From Eledone cirrhosa (lineage: Eukaryota), in contig OZ024744.1 of assembly GCA_964016885.1 (NCBI GenBank), forward strand, positions 40,858,001-40,922,000: a DNA stretch of 64,000 nt, in the 5' to 3' direction. The notes under the pieces are model-generated. The model searched no databases, was not told the origin of the DNA, and was given only the letters and a program-made list of their open reading frames with translations. This document shows, piece after piece, positions 44,702-58,494 of this stretch. Position numbers and translations under genes: made by a program. Position 1 is the stretch's first letter. Every line of letters starts with the position of its first letter.

Positions 44702-45210
44702 GGAAGACATGATATATATATGTATACATATACACACATATAAATACATACATATACACACACACATACATATAAATACATACACACACATGTACGTGTG
44801 TAAAACTCATTCTTAGATGTATTCATTGAACCTTGTTTAACTCTTAAATATATATATATATATACACATACATATACACACACATACATATACACACACA
44901 CAAATATATAAGAAAATACATAAATATTATATATATAAATAAAAAGGTGAAAGAGGTAAACAAATAGTTGAGATTATGACAAATAATAAATAAATAAATA
45001 ATTAGAAAAGGGTATAAGTGTTTATAGCTGATTTAGAGCACTCAACAAGTTCCTGGAGCAAATGATCAATGAAAATAAGCATTAAATCACTACACACAGA
45101 ATATATATATACACACACACAGATACAACGAAGCATATAAAATACAATTATATACACACACAAACATATACATACAGATATATATAAAATTATATATACA
45201 CATACACATA

Positions 45211-45290
<80 letters not shown>

Positions 45291-45309
45291 CACATATACG
45301 CAACACACA

Positions 45310-45690
45310 CACACACACACAGAACTAAATATCTAAATATAAAAAAAGGTGGGTATGTAAAGGGTAAGGTACAAAGTAGGGGTGAATAAGGAAAAAAAAT
45401 ACATAGGAAAAGGTTTAAATATAAGGGGAGATAAGGGAGAAAAAGAATATAAGAGTACAGAAAGTGAGTTCAGAAGGTAAAAAAGTCGCAGTGGCCGCCT
45501 TACATCCACTACGATTTTTTTACCTTCTGAACTCACTTTCTGTACTCTTATATTCTTTTTCTCCCTTATCTCCCCTTATATTTAAACCTTTTCCTATGTA
45601 TTTATTTTCCTTATTCCCCCCTACTTTCTACCTTACCCTTTACATACCCACCTTTTTTTATATTTAGATATTTAGTTCTGTGTGTGTATA
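45310..45690. repeat. Long near-perfect palindrome, ~185-bp arms centred near 45500
   Basis: Mirror ORFs 45333-45536 (-) and 45464-45667 (+) are nearly identical; purine arm versus pyrimidine arm. Confidence 0.95.
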
Positions 45691-45722
45691 TTGCGTATAT
45701 GTGTATATATGTATATATATAT

Positions 45723-45771
<49 letters not shown>

Positions 45772-45777
45772 TATGTA

Positions 45778-46836
45778 TACGATATTAACAAATGGAAACT
45801 ATATTTATAAAACCATATTTATTTCATTATACATATTTCAAGGACACCAAGTTAAATTATGGTGTGCTTTCATCAGATAAAATATAATATAGATAAGTTT
45901 TATAAATAAATATTGACATACCCTTAAAGAATGCAACCATTGCTGTTGGAAGCTCCCGGATAGTGGAGTTGTAGCTTTAATTATATTATTAGTATTGGAT
46001 ATTTTTATTTTTTAAATAAGCCGTTGGGTTACGGAAAAATAGAAAGATAGGTATGTATATATATGTATATATATAATTATATATATCTGTATGTATATGT
46101 ATGTGTGTATATAATTGTATTTTATATGCTTCTGTTGTATTTGTGTGTGTGTGTATATATATGTAACGGAATATGTGTGGTTGTAACGATAAGTGGATGG
46201 ATGGATGTAACTGTTGGTATGGTGGTTTCGATGTAAAGAAAAATACCAGGATTGTGTTGTTACAATGTTTATTCTATTATAACAATATGCAAGTTGAATA
46301 TTGAATGATAAAATCAATAACACAAAATATTCATACAATAATTTGGTGGCTCTTCGAGCCACGTAAATTCAAGTATCACAGAATACGATTATAATATGTG
46401 TAAACAGAAATGAATGGTGCGTGTACACATGCTGGACTCACTATGAATGCGTGTGTGCGGCGTATCAGTATATTTACTTATTTGTATTGCATGAGTCAGC
46501 GATCAGCCAGGAAGGTGAGAATAAGTGGCAGACTGGTTTTTCGTGACGAGGGCTTGTAAATGCGACTTGTCTTGTCTGTATATCACTTCTTTTTTCTATT
46601 GGAGGCGTAAACAATCCCTGTATTTATAAGAGTTGAAGTTAGAAGGATAGATATATCCTCCTCTGAACTTTGGTTAGTCTCCCAAAGGATTAGTTTTCCA
46701 AGCGTAAACAAGTCAGAAAGTTGGATATATCCTCTGACCTATTTTCTGTCAGGCGTAAACACCTCTGACCTGTGTTTAGCCTCTCCCAAGGGGTTAGTCT
46801 CTTGAGCGTAAACAAGTTACCACGGCTTGTCCCAGA
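45778..46836 (-). mobile_element. Second copy of the non-coding pLTR/HHR element (HHR 45820-45884)
   Basis: Matches 35444-36305 with an extra ~200 bp at ~46542-46745. Confidence 0.8.
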
Positions 46837-47204
46837 GGCGGGAAAGCTCAGATTCGGTTTCGAATCTTCGCTGCCGTTATATGTATGTGTGTGTGTATGT
46901 GTGTGTTTGTATATTTGTGTGTGTGTATTTTTATTAAGGTGGTGACGTAACCTTTTGTAGATATGTGTGGGTGTGTGTATATGTGTATTTTTATATAATT
47001 GTTTATGTGTGTATATATATAATAGCCTCAGAAACGGCTCGGGCTCTGCCGACGGGGTCATACTTTTTCCTATATGTATATATATATGTATATGTATGTG
47101 TATGTATGTATATGTGTGTATTTGTATGGTTGTGTGTGTGTGTATATATATATATGTGTATGTATATATGAATGTGTAAGTATATGCATAATTACATACA
47201 GTGA

Positions 47205-50200
47205 TTTAATGCTTATTTAAAATTATGGAAAGGGACTAGTGAGGTTATCGATCGGTTTAAAGAAATTAAATATAACTATAATAATAAGTTTATTCAGTTG
47301 GATATTGCTAACTACTATTCATCTATCACTCCTAATCTACTGAATAAGGCACTAACTTACGCATTTAAACATACAGACCTAACTAGCAATGAAATGCACA
47401 TTATATTATCGGCACGGAAAACATTAATAGAATTTAATAACCAACTCTGGACTAGGGCAGATAGAAATAATAATTTCGACATAACTATGGGATCTTCAGA
47501 CTCAGCTCAGGTAACGGACCTTGTGGGCCTATTTATAATTAAATCTCTACATAGGAAAATACCAGGTGTAACCGGAGGCTTATATCGTGACGACATGCTT
47601 TTACTTATTGAAAATAATAGCTGTGAACTAAATAGAAAAAGAAAACAAATTATACAATTTTTTAATTACCTTAATCTAAAAGTAGAAATAGAGAATAACC
47701 ATAAAATAGTCAATTTTCTAGATGTAACACTAAATCTCAACACATGTCTTCACTATCCATTTCACAAACTAAATGAAAACTTGAATTATGTCAATTTTAA
47801 CTCTAATCACCCCAGATCCGTTAAAAATACTATAGTGAACTCTGTTCAACAACGAATTTCAAGAATTTCATCTAATAAGAATATATTTGATGAAAAAGCG
47901 CATTATTACAACGAAGCGTTAGGTAGAGCTGGGTATAGAAATAAAATTAAATACATCGATAATAATAATAATATACAAACTAACCAAAATAATACCAACT
48001 TTAATTATGGTAACAATTTTAACAACTATAATAGAAAACATTACAATAATTCCGAAAGCCGAAAAAGAAATAGAACTAGGAATATATTATGGTTCGCTCC
48101 TCCTTTCTCACTAAATATTAAAACCCCTATTGCTAAACTATTCTTTAAAGCTCTTGACAAACGCTTCCCTAGAACACATAGATATTACTCAATTTTTAAT
48201 AGACATACTATAAAATTAACTTACTCTTCCACCAAAAATTTAGCGCAAAATATTAATAGAATTAATAATAGAAATTTAAAACCTAACCAAAATACCAATA
48301 ATAACCCAAGCAATATTCAATCGAATAAATGTAACTGTAGAAATAAATCCAATTGTCCGTTAAATAACAACTGCTGAGCTAAAAATGTAGTTTATAATTG
48401 TAATGTTAAAACTAATTTAAATTCATTTAATTATGTCGGTTCCACCTCCACAGAGTTTAAATCCCGCTTCAATAATCATAAGAATTCTTTTACAGATCCA
48501 AACAAAAAAATCTTCACCTTCGCTATCTAGCCTATTATGGGACCTAAAACGAGGTAATGTTGAATATTCGCTGATTTGGAATATTATTTCAAAAGCTACT
48601 CCTTTTAATTCCTCTTCAGAAAATTGCGATCTTTGTATAGAGGAAATATTCTTTATATTAAAGACCAAAAATTCCCTTAATTTAAGGAATAATTTATTCA
48701 GTTGCTGCAGACAGAGATTGAACTCAACGTTTAAATATAAATATAAATTTAAAATGTAGTATAATTAATTAAGTTAATATATGAAACCTGTCGATAAATC
48801 ATTAGATTCCTTCACCTTTTTCATTTTCTTTGGTTAAGTACTCAAGTATAAATAAATTTTCTTCCTAAATATAAATATAAATATAATAAACTATTCTAGA
48901 AAAGTTTATCCTTTCAATATCTTGAGTAAAATATACGTAAGATAAATTTCTATACTAAATATATTAAACATATTATTTTAACTTAAAATATTCTATAATA
49001 TTTTAAAATATTTTAATATTTTGATATCTGTAGTATTCTTGTTTTTTTAAGTTATATTGATATAATATTTTATTTATTTTTTATTAGGTTTGTTTTTATT
49101 CTGATAGCTTCTCATAATTTTCAAAAGTTTATCCTTTCAATATCTTGATTAAAATATACGTAAGATACATTTCTATACTAAATCTATTAAACATATTATT
49201 TTAACTTAAAATATTCTATAATATTTCAAAATATTTTAATATTTTGATATTTGTAGAATTCTTTTGTTTTTAAGGTATATTGATATAATTATATTTCCAA
49301 AATATAATCCTTTTGTATTTTATATACTCAATTGTACTATGTAATATATTGATGTATACTTATCTCTATACGACTATGTATGTATATATGTGTATTAACA
49401 TACATATACATGTGTTATATGCTTTTTTATGAGTATATGTCTGTCTGTATATATGCATGAGTGACGCGTGTCTACCAATTGGGTGAAGATGCACACACAT
49501 ATTTATATATGTATATCTAAGAATTGTGTGCGTACATGTACATGGTTACCCATGCAGTTTTGATTGCAGATATGCATAATTTAACAGCCATAAATGCATG
49601 AAAGTTAATCCTATATATTTATATATATATACTAACAATTTTTATTTAATAACACAAGGAATGTATAGCGGTAATTAAAAAAATGACTTATGCTTTGTAT
49701 GTATATATTATATGCGGGAGTAGTTATAATGTGTATTTTCTGAGTGTGTGTGTATATATATATTTATGTATCTTTGCCTATATGTACGTGCTATATGATA
49801 GGTAATTTCTCTAGCAATATATATATTTCGTAATGTTTAAATTCCAATTTTTAATATATTGATCTCAATTTTTAAACTAAATATCTAATCATAATTAAAC
49901 AATGATTAATTTCTCATATTATATATGTATATTCCATTCATGAATATTAATATTTCTAATTTTATTTATTCATTTCATCTCAATTGTTAACTCAACTTAA
50001 TATGACATGACTTAAGGTTTTCGTTCTCTCCCCCTCTCTCTATCTCTATATTTCTCTCTCTTGATTTTTTCTCTCTGTCTGGTGGTTTGATATCTCTCTG
50101 TTGTTTTCCTCTGTTTTCTTTTTTTTGTTTTTCTTTATTTATCTCTCCCTTTCTTTTCTCCACGTTTCTCTCTCTCTCCGTCTTTTTACTTCTCTTTAAC

Positions 50201-50412
50201 ACAACGACTTACTAAAATAAACAAACTACTATCCTGATGTCTTTCAAAAGTAACGGTTGCATTTTGAAAGGGTACGTCAATGTTTATTTATAAAACTGGT
50301 ATATATTGTATTTTGTCTGATGAAGGCATACCATAATTTAACATGGTATCCTTGAAATATGTATAATGAAATAAATATGGTTTTATAAATATAGTTTCCA
50401 TTTGTTAATATC

Positions 50413-50415
<3 letters not shown>
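47205..50415 (+). mobile_element. 5'-truncated Penelope-like element (Naiad-like) with 1.6-kb 3' UTR and HHR (50309-50373)
   Basis: DIANYYSSI, MGSSDSAQV, GLYRDD, CNCRNKSNCPL, YVGST, CDLCIEE; TATTTTGT-CTGATGA-AGGcATACCAT..ATGGTATCCTT-GAAA-TATGTA-TA-ATGAAATA. Confidence 0.92.
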
Positions 50416-50474
<59 letters not shown>

Positions 50475-50477
<3 letters not shown>

Positions 50478-50955
50478 AGAGTTGAACAAGGTGCAATGAA
50501 TACATCTAAGAATGAGTTTTACACACATACAGGTGTGTGTATGTATTTATATGTATGTGTGTGTGTATATGTATGTATTTATATGTGTATGTATATATAT
50601 ATATATATATATTTGTGTGTGTGTATGTATATGTGTATGCGTATGTGTATGTATGTGTATATGTGTGTGTGTATGTATTTATTTTAATGTATGTATGTGT
50701 ATGTGCAATTGTGTTTATTGCTTACCACGTGTGTTTGTTCATTTATTTGTTGTCTGTATCGCTGTCAACTTTATAATCATTTTTACATTTATTTTTTATT
50801 CTTATGTGACGGTATTTTTATTATTATATTTTTTCTTATAATTAATTGTGTGTGTGCGTATGTAGGTGTGTGTACATATATCTATATTTGTGTATGCGTA
50901 TTTATGCGTGTATATATGTGTGTATGTATGTGTGTGTTATGTACGTGTGTATATA
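50475..50955. repeat. Microsatellite-rich module, inverted relative to ~44170-44850
   Basis: GTATCGCTGTCAACTTTATAAT, CTTATGTGACGGTATTTT and CATCTAAGAATGAGTTTTACAC are reverse complements of 44320-44380 and 44798-44850. Confidence 0.8.
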
Positions 50956-51694
50956 TGTTGACAACAGGTCAATGACTTTAGTCTAGATAGAGTAATGGCA
51001 TGTGATGATGGGGTGAGAGTGTAGACATTATTGTGGTGGTGGGCGACAGTGAGATGTATCTAGTTCATTTGTCCGTTTTCTTCTCTTTGCAAAATTTTAA
51101 TTTTAGCCATGTTATATTGAGATGTAAGTAAATGTAAAATATAAATAAGCATTGTTCTGGTAAAATATACTAAAATATTTGAGTAACTTCCACAAACTTC
51201 TGTCGTCACATTCCCGAGTCCAGTGACCAACAAATTGTTGTATTTTGATGTTTCAGAATACAAAAATTAATTAAAATCTTACCCCACGAAAACACAGCGT
51301 GTGTTCTCCTATCTATAAGTTCCCTCATACTCTGTCTATAAGCTGCCTCTCTACTCTGTGTTGAATGTGTATATATATATATGTATGTATGTATATGTGT
51401 GTATATACATCACTCAGTCAAACGACCAGATTTCAATCCTAACATCTACAACAACACCGGCACTAATGTTTACAGCAACAACAGCTTCAGAATGAATTGA
51501 AATGAACATTTACAACAACAACAGCGGCATCAAACGATAAGGGGGGGGGGCACAAAAAACAAAAAAAAATCAAAATAACAAAACACACACGCACAACACA
51601 ACATCAACTGCCACCACCACCACCACCACCATCACCACCGCCATCACTATCACCAGCGACCGGGATTTAAGAAAACAACTTTAATAATAATAAT

Positions 51695-51842
51695 TTTTCT
51701 GCTTTTGGCACGGATCCAGCAACTGGCCCAGCGCATCACTGGTACTCTATTTTGTTGACTCCGTGGGGATAAAAGGCAAGGTTGACCTCGGCAGGATTTA
51801 AGCTCAAAGCGTGGAGAGCCATAGCTCTATGCTGTAAAGCAA
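51695..51842 (-). mobile_element. Diverged tRNA-derived SINE (family of 10005)
   Basis: GGGATAAAAGGCAAGGTTGACCTCGGCAGGATTT core. Confidence 0.7.
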
Positions 51843-52429
51843 TTATAATAATACTGGACTGTAATACGAACGGCTTCAACTATACGAATTCTTGAAAGTC
51901 AACAGTTGACATAATCTTGTATCAGTAATGACGGTAATATATATATATGTGTGTGTAAGTGTGTAGCGTGTGTGTGTTTGTATGTATGAGTGTTGCTGTT
52001 TGCGCGCGTATGTATGCGTGTGTGTGCGCGTGTGTGTATGTCGTACGTATAAGTGTCAATAAGTGAGTTTTTTTTTGTTTGTTTTTTTGCGCGCGGGGAC
52101 ATAGAAATAATCGGGCTGGATGCCCGATCGCGCAGTTAAACCACTGGGAGTGAAGAACCCCTAGCCCTTGTCAGGGCATTCTTCTAGGAGAAGGCATCTC
52201 AGGAAACTGGGTTAACTCCGACATAAAACCTGCGGCTCAGTAGTTACCGATGATGTTGATCTTTTCTTTTTTTCGGGTTATAGCTACTGTCGCTCAGAGA
52301 GTGGGATTGGCTCAGTGCACAGTCTTTCCTCACTTAAAAAATATTCGTCACGCACAGGCATTGCACGAGTGCATTAATAATTATTAATAGTGTATTATTA
52401 TTATTATCATTATTATTATTATTATTATT

Positions 52430-53831
52430 ACAGTTGCATTTATCTTGCTTTATGTTCATACGAGTTATCACCAAGTCACAACCAGTGACCTCAAGAAAGA
52501 ACATACATACTCACACATGCATCTTTAGTGTTTAGACTTGTGATGTACTTATATTGACAGAATCTTCCTTAGTATATGGGCAGTTCCCATTAGTACATTC
52601 TTTTGTATTTCTCCTATACGCGGGTTTCCTGGGATTTGCGATAAGTAATCATTAGAACCCTTAGGTATCATTCCCAGAGCGCCTACAACCACTGGTATTG
52701 TTTTAGTTCTCAATTTCCACATACAGGTCCTTATACTTGCTCAATTTTTCAAATGTTTTTATAGATACATTCTTGTCTATTGGAACAGACATATCAATTA
52801 GCAGGCATACCCTCTTTTTAAAGTCCTTCAATATTATATCAGGTCTATTTGCATCTACTTTTCGGTCTGTTTGGATGCTAAAGTTCCACAAGATTGAGAT
52901 GTGATCTTTTTCAAGTATGGGAGGTGGTTGATGCTCCCACCAATTCTTTTGATGGGGCAGGTCAAAATGCTTACACATTATCCAATGTATGTATTGTGCA
53001 GCTCTGTCATGCCTGTTTAGGTATTCGGTTGGAGCTATAGGACTGCACATTGAAATTATATGGTCAATGGTCTCTGGTTGTTTTTTGCATACACGGCATA
53101 ATGGGCTGCATCCATTTTTTATTATGTTGGCTTGGTAATTTTTTGTTGGCAGACACTGATCTTATGCTGATATAATCAGTCCTTCAGTCTCCGATTTCAG
53201 TCCAGAGGATGCCAACCACTGATGGGTTACAGTTTTGTCAACATCAGGATTGTTAGCTCGCTCTGGGTATTTTCCATACAGAGGCTTTTCTTGCCATTTC
53301 TTAGACAGTTTCTGTAGCAGTTCTTTCTTTGCAGTTACTTTTACCTGCTTTGCTTTTTCTGTGTTTTCCATTTCAGCAGTAAATGGGACTTCTGAAATTT
53401 GTAGTCCATTACTGTATCTTTGTGCATCTTTTGTAATGGAATATGATCTTTTGATGCTTTCGTGTTTCAAAACGAGTTTGATCATCCAATCATGTGATTC
53501 CCTTAGATATGTAGATAATCCAATTGTTGCAGTTTTCAACGCAATGTCTAACTGGATTAACCCACCTCCTCCTTCTTTCCTAGGGAGATATATTCTATCT
53601 ATATCTGCCTTAGGGTGATGCATTCTGTGCATGGTTAAGAATTTTCGAATTTTTGTATCGAGCCTACGGATCTCTGTGCTTGACCAGTTGATGACATTGT
53701 AACTGTAGGTTACTACTGGTATGGCAAGCGTGTTTATGGCATCGATCCTATTACTTACATTCAATTCCGTTCTTAAGATTGCTCTTACTCTGCAGTAACA
53801 TTCCTTCCTTATCCTTTCCCTCATTGTCGAG

Positions 53832-53832
<1 letters not shown>
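52430..53832 (-). mobile_element. 5'-truncated R4/Dong-like LINE with restriction-like endonuclease
   Basis: YLPRKEGGGGL, CRVC..ETIDHIISMC knuckle, RHD, RPDI...LIDMSVP...K..KY RLE motif; (TAA)n on both sides. Confidence 0.88.
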
Positions 53833-53865
<33 letters not shown>

Positions 53866-53989
53866 GTTGTTGTTGCTATTATTATTACTTTTTTTTTTCC
53901 CAATTCAATGATGTTCCAGAACAATATAAAAGAGATAATTGGCAATGTAGGTTCTGGAACAAAAAAGATAATTGGCAATAAGGGCAGGG

Positions 53990-56900
53990 ACCCCATGTTA
54001 TCACAGCCTGGGCCCGCTCGTCATCGTGCCATTGTAATAGAGCCAAACAAGGCATTTAGTCTTGGCTGCTGGAACGTACGGACGCTGCTTGACAGGGATT
54101 CCTTGGAGCGCCCTGAACGAAGGACCGCCCTTGTTGCAAAGGAGCTTCGACGTTACGATCTTGACATCGTGGCTTTATCTGAGACGAGGTTAGCTGGAGA
54201 TGGTCATCTTACGGAATTTTGTGGAGAATATACATTCTTCTGGAAAGGAAGAGATGAAGGAACCAGAAGAGAGGCTGGGTAGGATTTGCTGTTAAGACTG
54301 TTCTTGTGAATAAATTAGAATTCCCAGTAGGGATTAGTGAGCGTCTTATGTCCATGAGAATTCCGCTGGACAAAGGAATATATGCGACCCTGGTGAGTGT
54401 GTATGCTCCAACTATGAATGCTGTCGATGAAGAAAAAGTGTCCTTTTACCATACCCTGAAAGGTGTTTTAAGAAATATCCCTCAGGCAGACAAAGTCATC
54501 GTGCTTGGTGACTTTAATGCTAGAGTGGGTATGGATTTTAACGTATGGAATGTAATCGGAAGGCATGGGGTGGGAAAGTGTAACAACAATGGTATGCTCC
54601 TGCTGCAGATGTGTGAGGAGCTGGATCTGTGTGTTACCAACACCATGTTCCAACAAAAGAACAAATTCAAGACCACATAGATGCATCCTGCATCTAAGGA
54701 ATGGCATCTTTTGGACTACATCCTAGTCAGGATGCGTGACAGACGGGGTGTGCAGTGTGTTCGTGTTCTTCGTGGAGCTTAGTGCTGGACGGACCACCGC
54801 CTGGTACGCGCAAAAGTGAAACTAATCACTAAACGTAAAATCCGGGCTCCTGGTGTTGCCCTGCCCAAAAGATTGAATGCTGCTCGTCTTAAGGATAAAA
54901 ATGTGAAGAGGACATTGGAAGAAGAGATGCAGGCTGCAGATCTTGGTGAGGATTGGCCGACCCTTAAAAAGTCGGTTTATGATGTAGGCAGGCGTGTTCT
55001 GGGATTGGTGCAGAGAAAACATCAGGACTGGTTTAATGAGGATCATGTACATTTAGAAGACTTGTTGGCTGATAAGAGGCGTGCTCTGTCACGCTACTTG
55101 ACGGCAAAACCACAGGAGAGAAATACGTTGCATGAGGAACTCAAGGATGTAAAATCACGTGTTAGGCGGAGTCTTTCTCAGATGAAGGACCAGTGGTGGA
55201 GTGAGAAGGCTGGTGAGATACAAACTGCGTCTGATTCCAATAACACGAAGCTGTTGTACAGTCTCTTGCGTGAGGTTTATGGACCGTCTTCTTCTCTGGT
55301 GCACCGCTTCGCAGTAAGGATGGCAAAGAACCTCTTCGTGACTCACAAGGAATTCTACGAAGGTGGCGAGAGCACTTTGATGATCTTTTGAATCAGCTGT
55401 CTGTCGTCAGTGAAGATTTCCTCAATCTCATTCCAGAAAGTCCTGTGAATGTAGCTCTTGTAGAACCTCCGACGCTTGTGGAGGTTGCAGTGGCTATCTC
55501 GAAGCTGAACAGTGGAAGGTCTCCAGGTATGGATGGCATACATGCTGAGCTCCTACAATATGGTGGTGAGAGACTCCTGCAACATCTTCACTCTTTGTTT
55601 GGCAGGATATGGGCTAATGAATCCGTACCTGAGGACTGGAGAGGTGCTGTAATGGTGGTCTTGTACAAGGGAAAGGGTAACAGGAATGATTGTGGGAACT
55701 ACAGAGGTATATCATTGCTTTCTGTCGTAGGGAAAGTTTTATGTAGGGTGCTTCTTGACCGTCTGCTGACACACATTGCAGATTGTGTTCTTCCTGAAAG
55801 TCAATCTGGTTTTCGTGCTGGACGCGGCACTACTGATATGATCTTCTCAGCTAGACAGCTCTAGGAGAAGTGCATGGAACAAGGTTTGGATCTGTATCAG
55901 GTTTTTGTCGATCTGACAAAAGCTTTCGATACTGTTAACAGAGATGCATTATGGAAGGTTCTCCAGAAACTTGGTTGCCCTGATAAGTTCCTTGCTTTAG
56001 TTAGGTCTTTCCATGACGACATGAAGGCTTGGGTTAATATCGGAGGTAACATGTCGGAGCCTATCTCAGTAAAAAATGGAGTGAAACAGGGGGATATTCC
56101 AGCACCGACTCTGTTTGCCATAGACTTTGCAATGGTTTTCTGTATTGCATTCAAGAATTGCGAGCATGGTGTTTACATCGGATATCGAACCTCAGGCAGC
56201 ATATTTAACATCAGGCGCTTTGCTGCAAGGACAAAAGTATTTACATCAATCATAAGAGACCTCTTGTATGCAGATGATTGCGATCTTGTAGCGCACACAG
56301 AGAGTGATATGCAGCACATTTTGAATGCATTTTCTGACGCTTGCACTGCCCTAGGATTGACTGTCAGTCTCAAGAAAACCGTCGTCATGTACCAACCTGC
56401 CCCTGGTAAACAGTACACTGAACCAAATATCTATGTGTATGGTAAACGACTTGGAGTGGTTGATCAGTTTGTCTACCTGGGAAGCACTGTCGATCGATAC
56501 AGCGAACCTTGACAGTGAAATCTCACTTAGGATTAGGAAAGCAAGTGATGCTTTCGGAAAGCTAGAATGGCGACTCTGGGGTCGGCGAGTCATATGCAAG
56601 AGGACAAAGGTAAAGGTGTACAAGGCATGTGTGCTCTCTTGTTTCTTTACGCCTGCGAGACCTGGGTCACATATCGACACCACCTTAAGCAATTGGAGCG
56701 TTTCCATCAGATGTGTCTCAGACGGATCCATGGCGTTCACTGGAGGGACCACATCAGTGATGTCGAGATTTTGGAAAGCTCTCTGTGTGACAGTATAGAA
56801 GCTCTTGTGCTTAAGCAACGACTCCGTTGGAGTGGTCACCTTGCCAGTATGAAGGATTCTAGAATGCCAAAACAACTCTTTTATGGAGAGTTGGTTAAAG

Positions 56901-57450
56901 GAAAACGACCGCCACATAAACCCCAAAAAAGGTATAAGGATTCCTTGAAAGCCTCTTTGAAAGACGCTAACATCTCTGCTGATACATGGGAAAATATTGC
57001 TGCTGATCGTAATAAATGGAGAAAGAGTGTATATGAGGGAAAAGTTGCTTTTGAGGCATCTCGAATCGCATACGAGAAAGTAAAGCGGGATGTGAGGAAG
57101 GGCATTGCTGTTGCACTTCCAGACAGAGAGGCTCCTCCTATGGTGCTGACATGCAGCATCTGTGCGAGACTCTGCCTAAGCAAAGCTTGACTCGAAAGTC
57201 ATCTTCGCAGTCATAAAGTAAGACCAGTGGTTGACTACCAGGCTGCTGTTGGAGATGCTACTCATCATGCTTGCCAAACATGTGGTATAGAATGTAGATC
57301 AGCAGGAGGGCTCAAACGACATGCAAAAGTACATGAACTCCAACCACGGCCGACTATTCCTAGTGAATGTTTTGGTTGACGACTCTGTGCAAGACATTTT
57401 AGATCATTGGCTGGGCTAAAAAGCCACATTCGATCGCAGCGCTGTTAGTT
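53990..57450 (+). mobile_element. Near full-length disrupted RTE (BovB-like) LINE with three C-terminal C2H2 fingers
   Basis: WNVRTLLD, RPERRTALVA, ALSETR, LGDFNA, NYRGISLL, VDLTKAFD, YADD, LRWSGH; several stops and frameshifts. Confidence 0.92.
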
Positions 57451-57780
57451 GCTATCGTGTGTGTGTGTATAGATATGTTTATGTGTGTGCGTGTGTGTGT
57501 ATATATATATGTATATGTATATTATCATTATTGTTGTTGTCGTTATTATTATTGTTGTTATTATTATTATTATTGTTATTAATGTATATGTATGTATATA
57601 TATATATGTATGTGTGTATATGTGTATGTGTGTGTGTGTATATATATATTTCTTTTTTTTTTATTTTATTTTATTTTTTATTTATTTGTTAATTTTTTTT
57701 CCCCTCGTGCAATGGCCACACTCGATAATGAGGGGGCAACCATCATATATGTAATGATTATGTGTATGTATGTATGTATG

Positions 57781-57827
<47 letters not shown>

Positions 57828-57943
57828 GTGTGTGTGTGTGTTTGTGTATTTGTGTGTATGTGTATGCATGGATATGTTGATATATATGTGTGTATGTATG
57901 TATATGTATGTGTCTTTGTACGTGTATGTATATGTGTATGTAT

Positions 57944-58001
<58 letters not shown>

Positions 58002-58168
58002 ATATGTATGTATATATATGTGTATGTATATATATGTGTGTGTATGTAATTGTGTGTGTGTGTGCATGTGTGTTTATTTTTCCTTTCCTTCTTTCTTTTC
58101 CAGCCTCACTCTCATATAGATTATATTTTTGTTTTTAAAATCCAATGTCAATAAATACACCATGATTT

Positions 58169-58229
58169 TTTCATTCTGATGATTGAACGCAAAATTTGTT
58201 TGCTTTCAAGAAACCACTGGTAAATGAAA
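58169..58229 (+). ncRNA. Type I hammerhead ribozyme
   Basis: TTTCATT-CTGATGA-TTGAAcGCAAA..TTTGCtTTCAA-GAAA-CCACTGG-TA-AATGAAA. Confidence 0.88.
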
Positions 58230-58276
58230 TAATTGCCTTATGTTGTTTATTACATAAATATATCTATATATATATA

Positions 58277-58372
<96 letters not shown>

Positions 58373-58397
58373 TTCGAAACTCTGCTTCGTAGAACCG

Positions 58398-58494
58398 AGA
58401 CGTGTCTGAGGAACTTGCGATTTCAGAGTCAGGTTCGATCATTGCATCGATTGTGCCACGAGCTGGTCGCCAGAGAAACGATTGTAATATGTCT
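58398..58494 (+). ncRNA. Hammerhead ribozyme with extended 62-nt stem II domain
   Basis: AGACGTGT-CTGAGGA-[62 nt]-GAAA-CGATTG-TA-ATATGTCT immediately followed by AATAAA. Confidence 0.75.

Noticed and set aside
48370-48380. In-frame TGA in a Naiad-like ORF as selenocysteine
   Set aside because: It aligns to Leu (CL) in the paralogs rather than Cys, and no convincing SECIS was seen; the hairpin at ~50238-50280 lacks a clear AUGA/AA/GA layout
57376-57380. TGA at a Cys position of an RTE zinc finger as selenocysteine
   Set aside because: The element has many other stops and frameshifts, so a single TGC/TGT to TGA decay is sufficient
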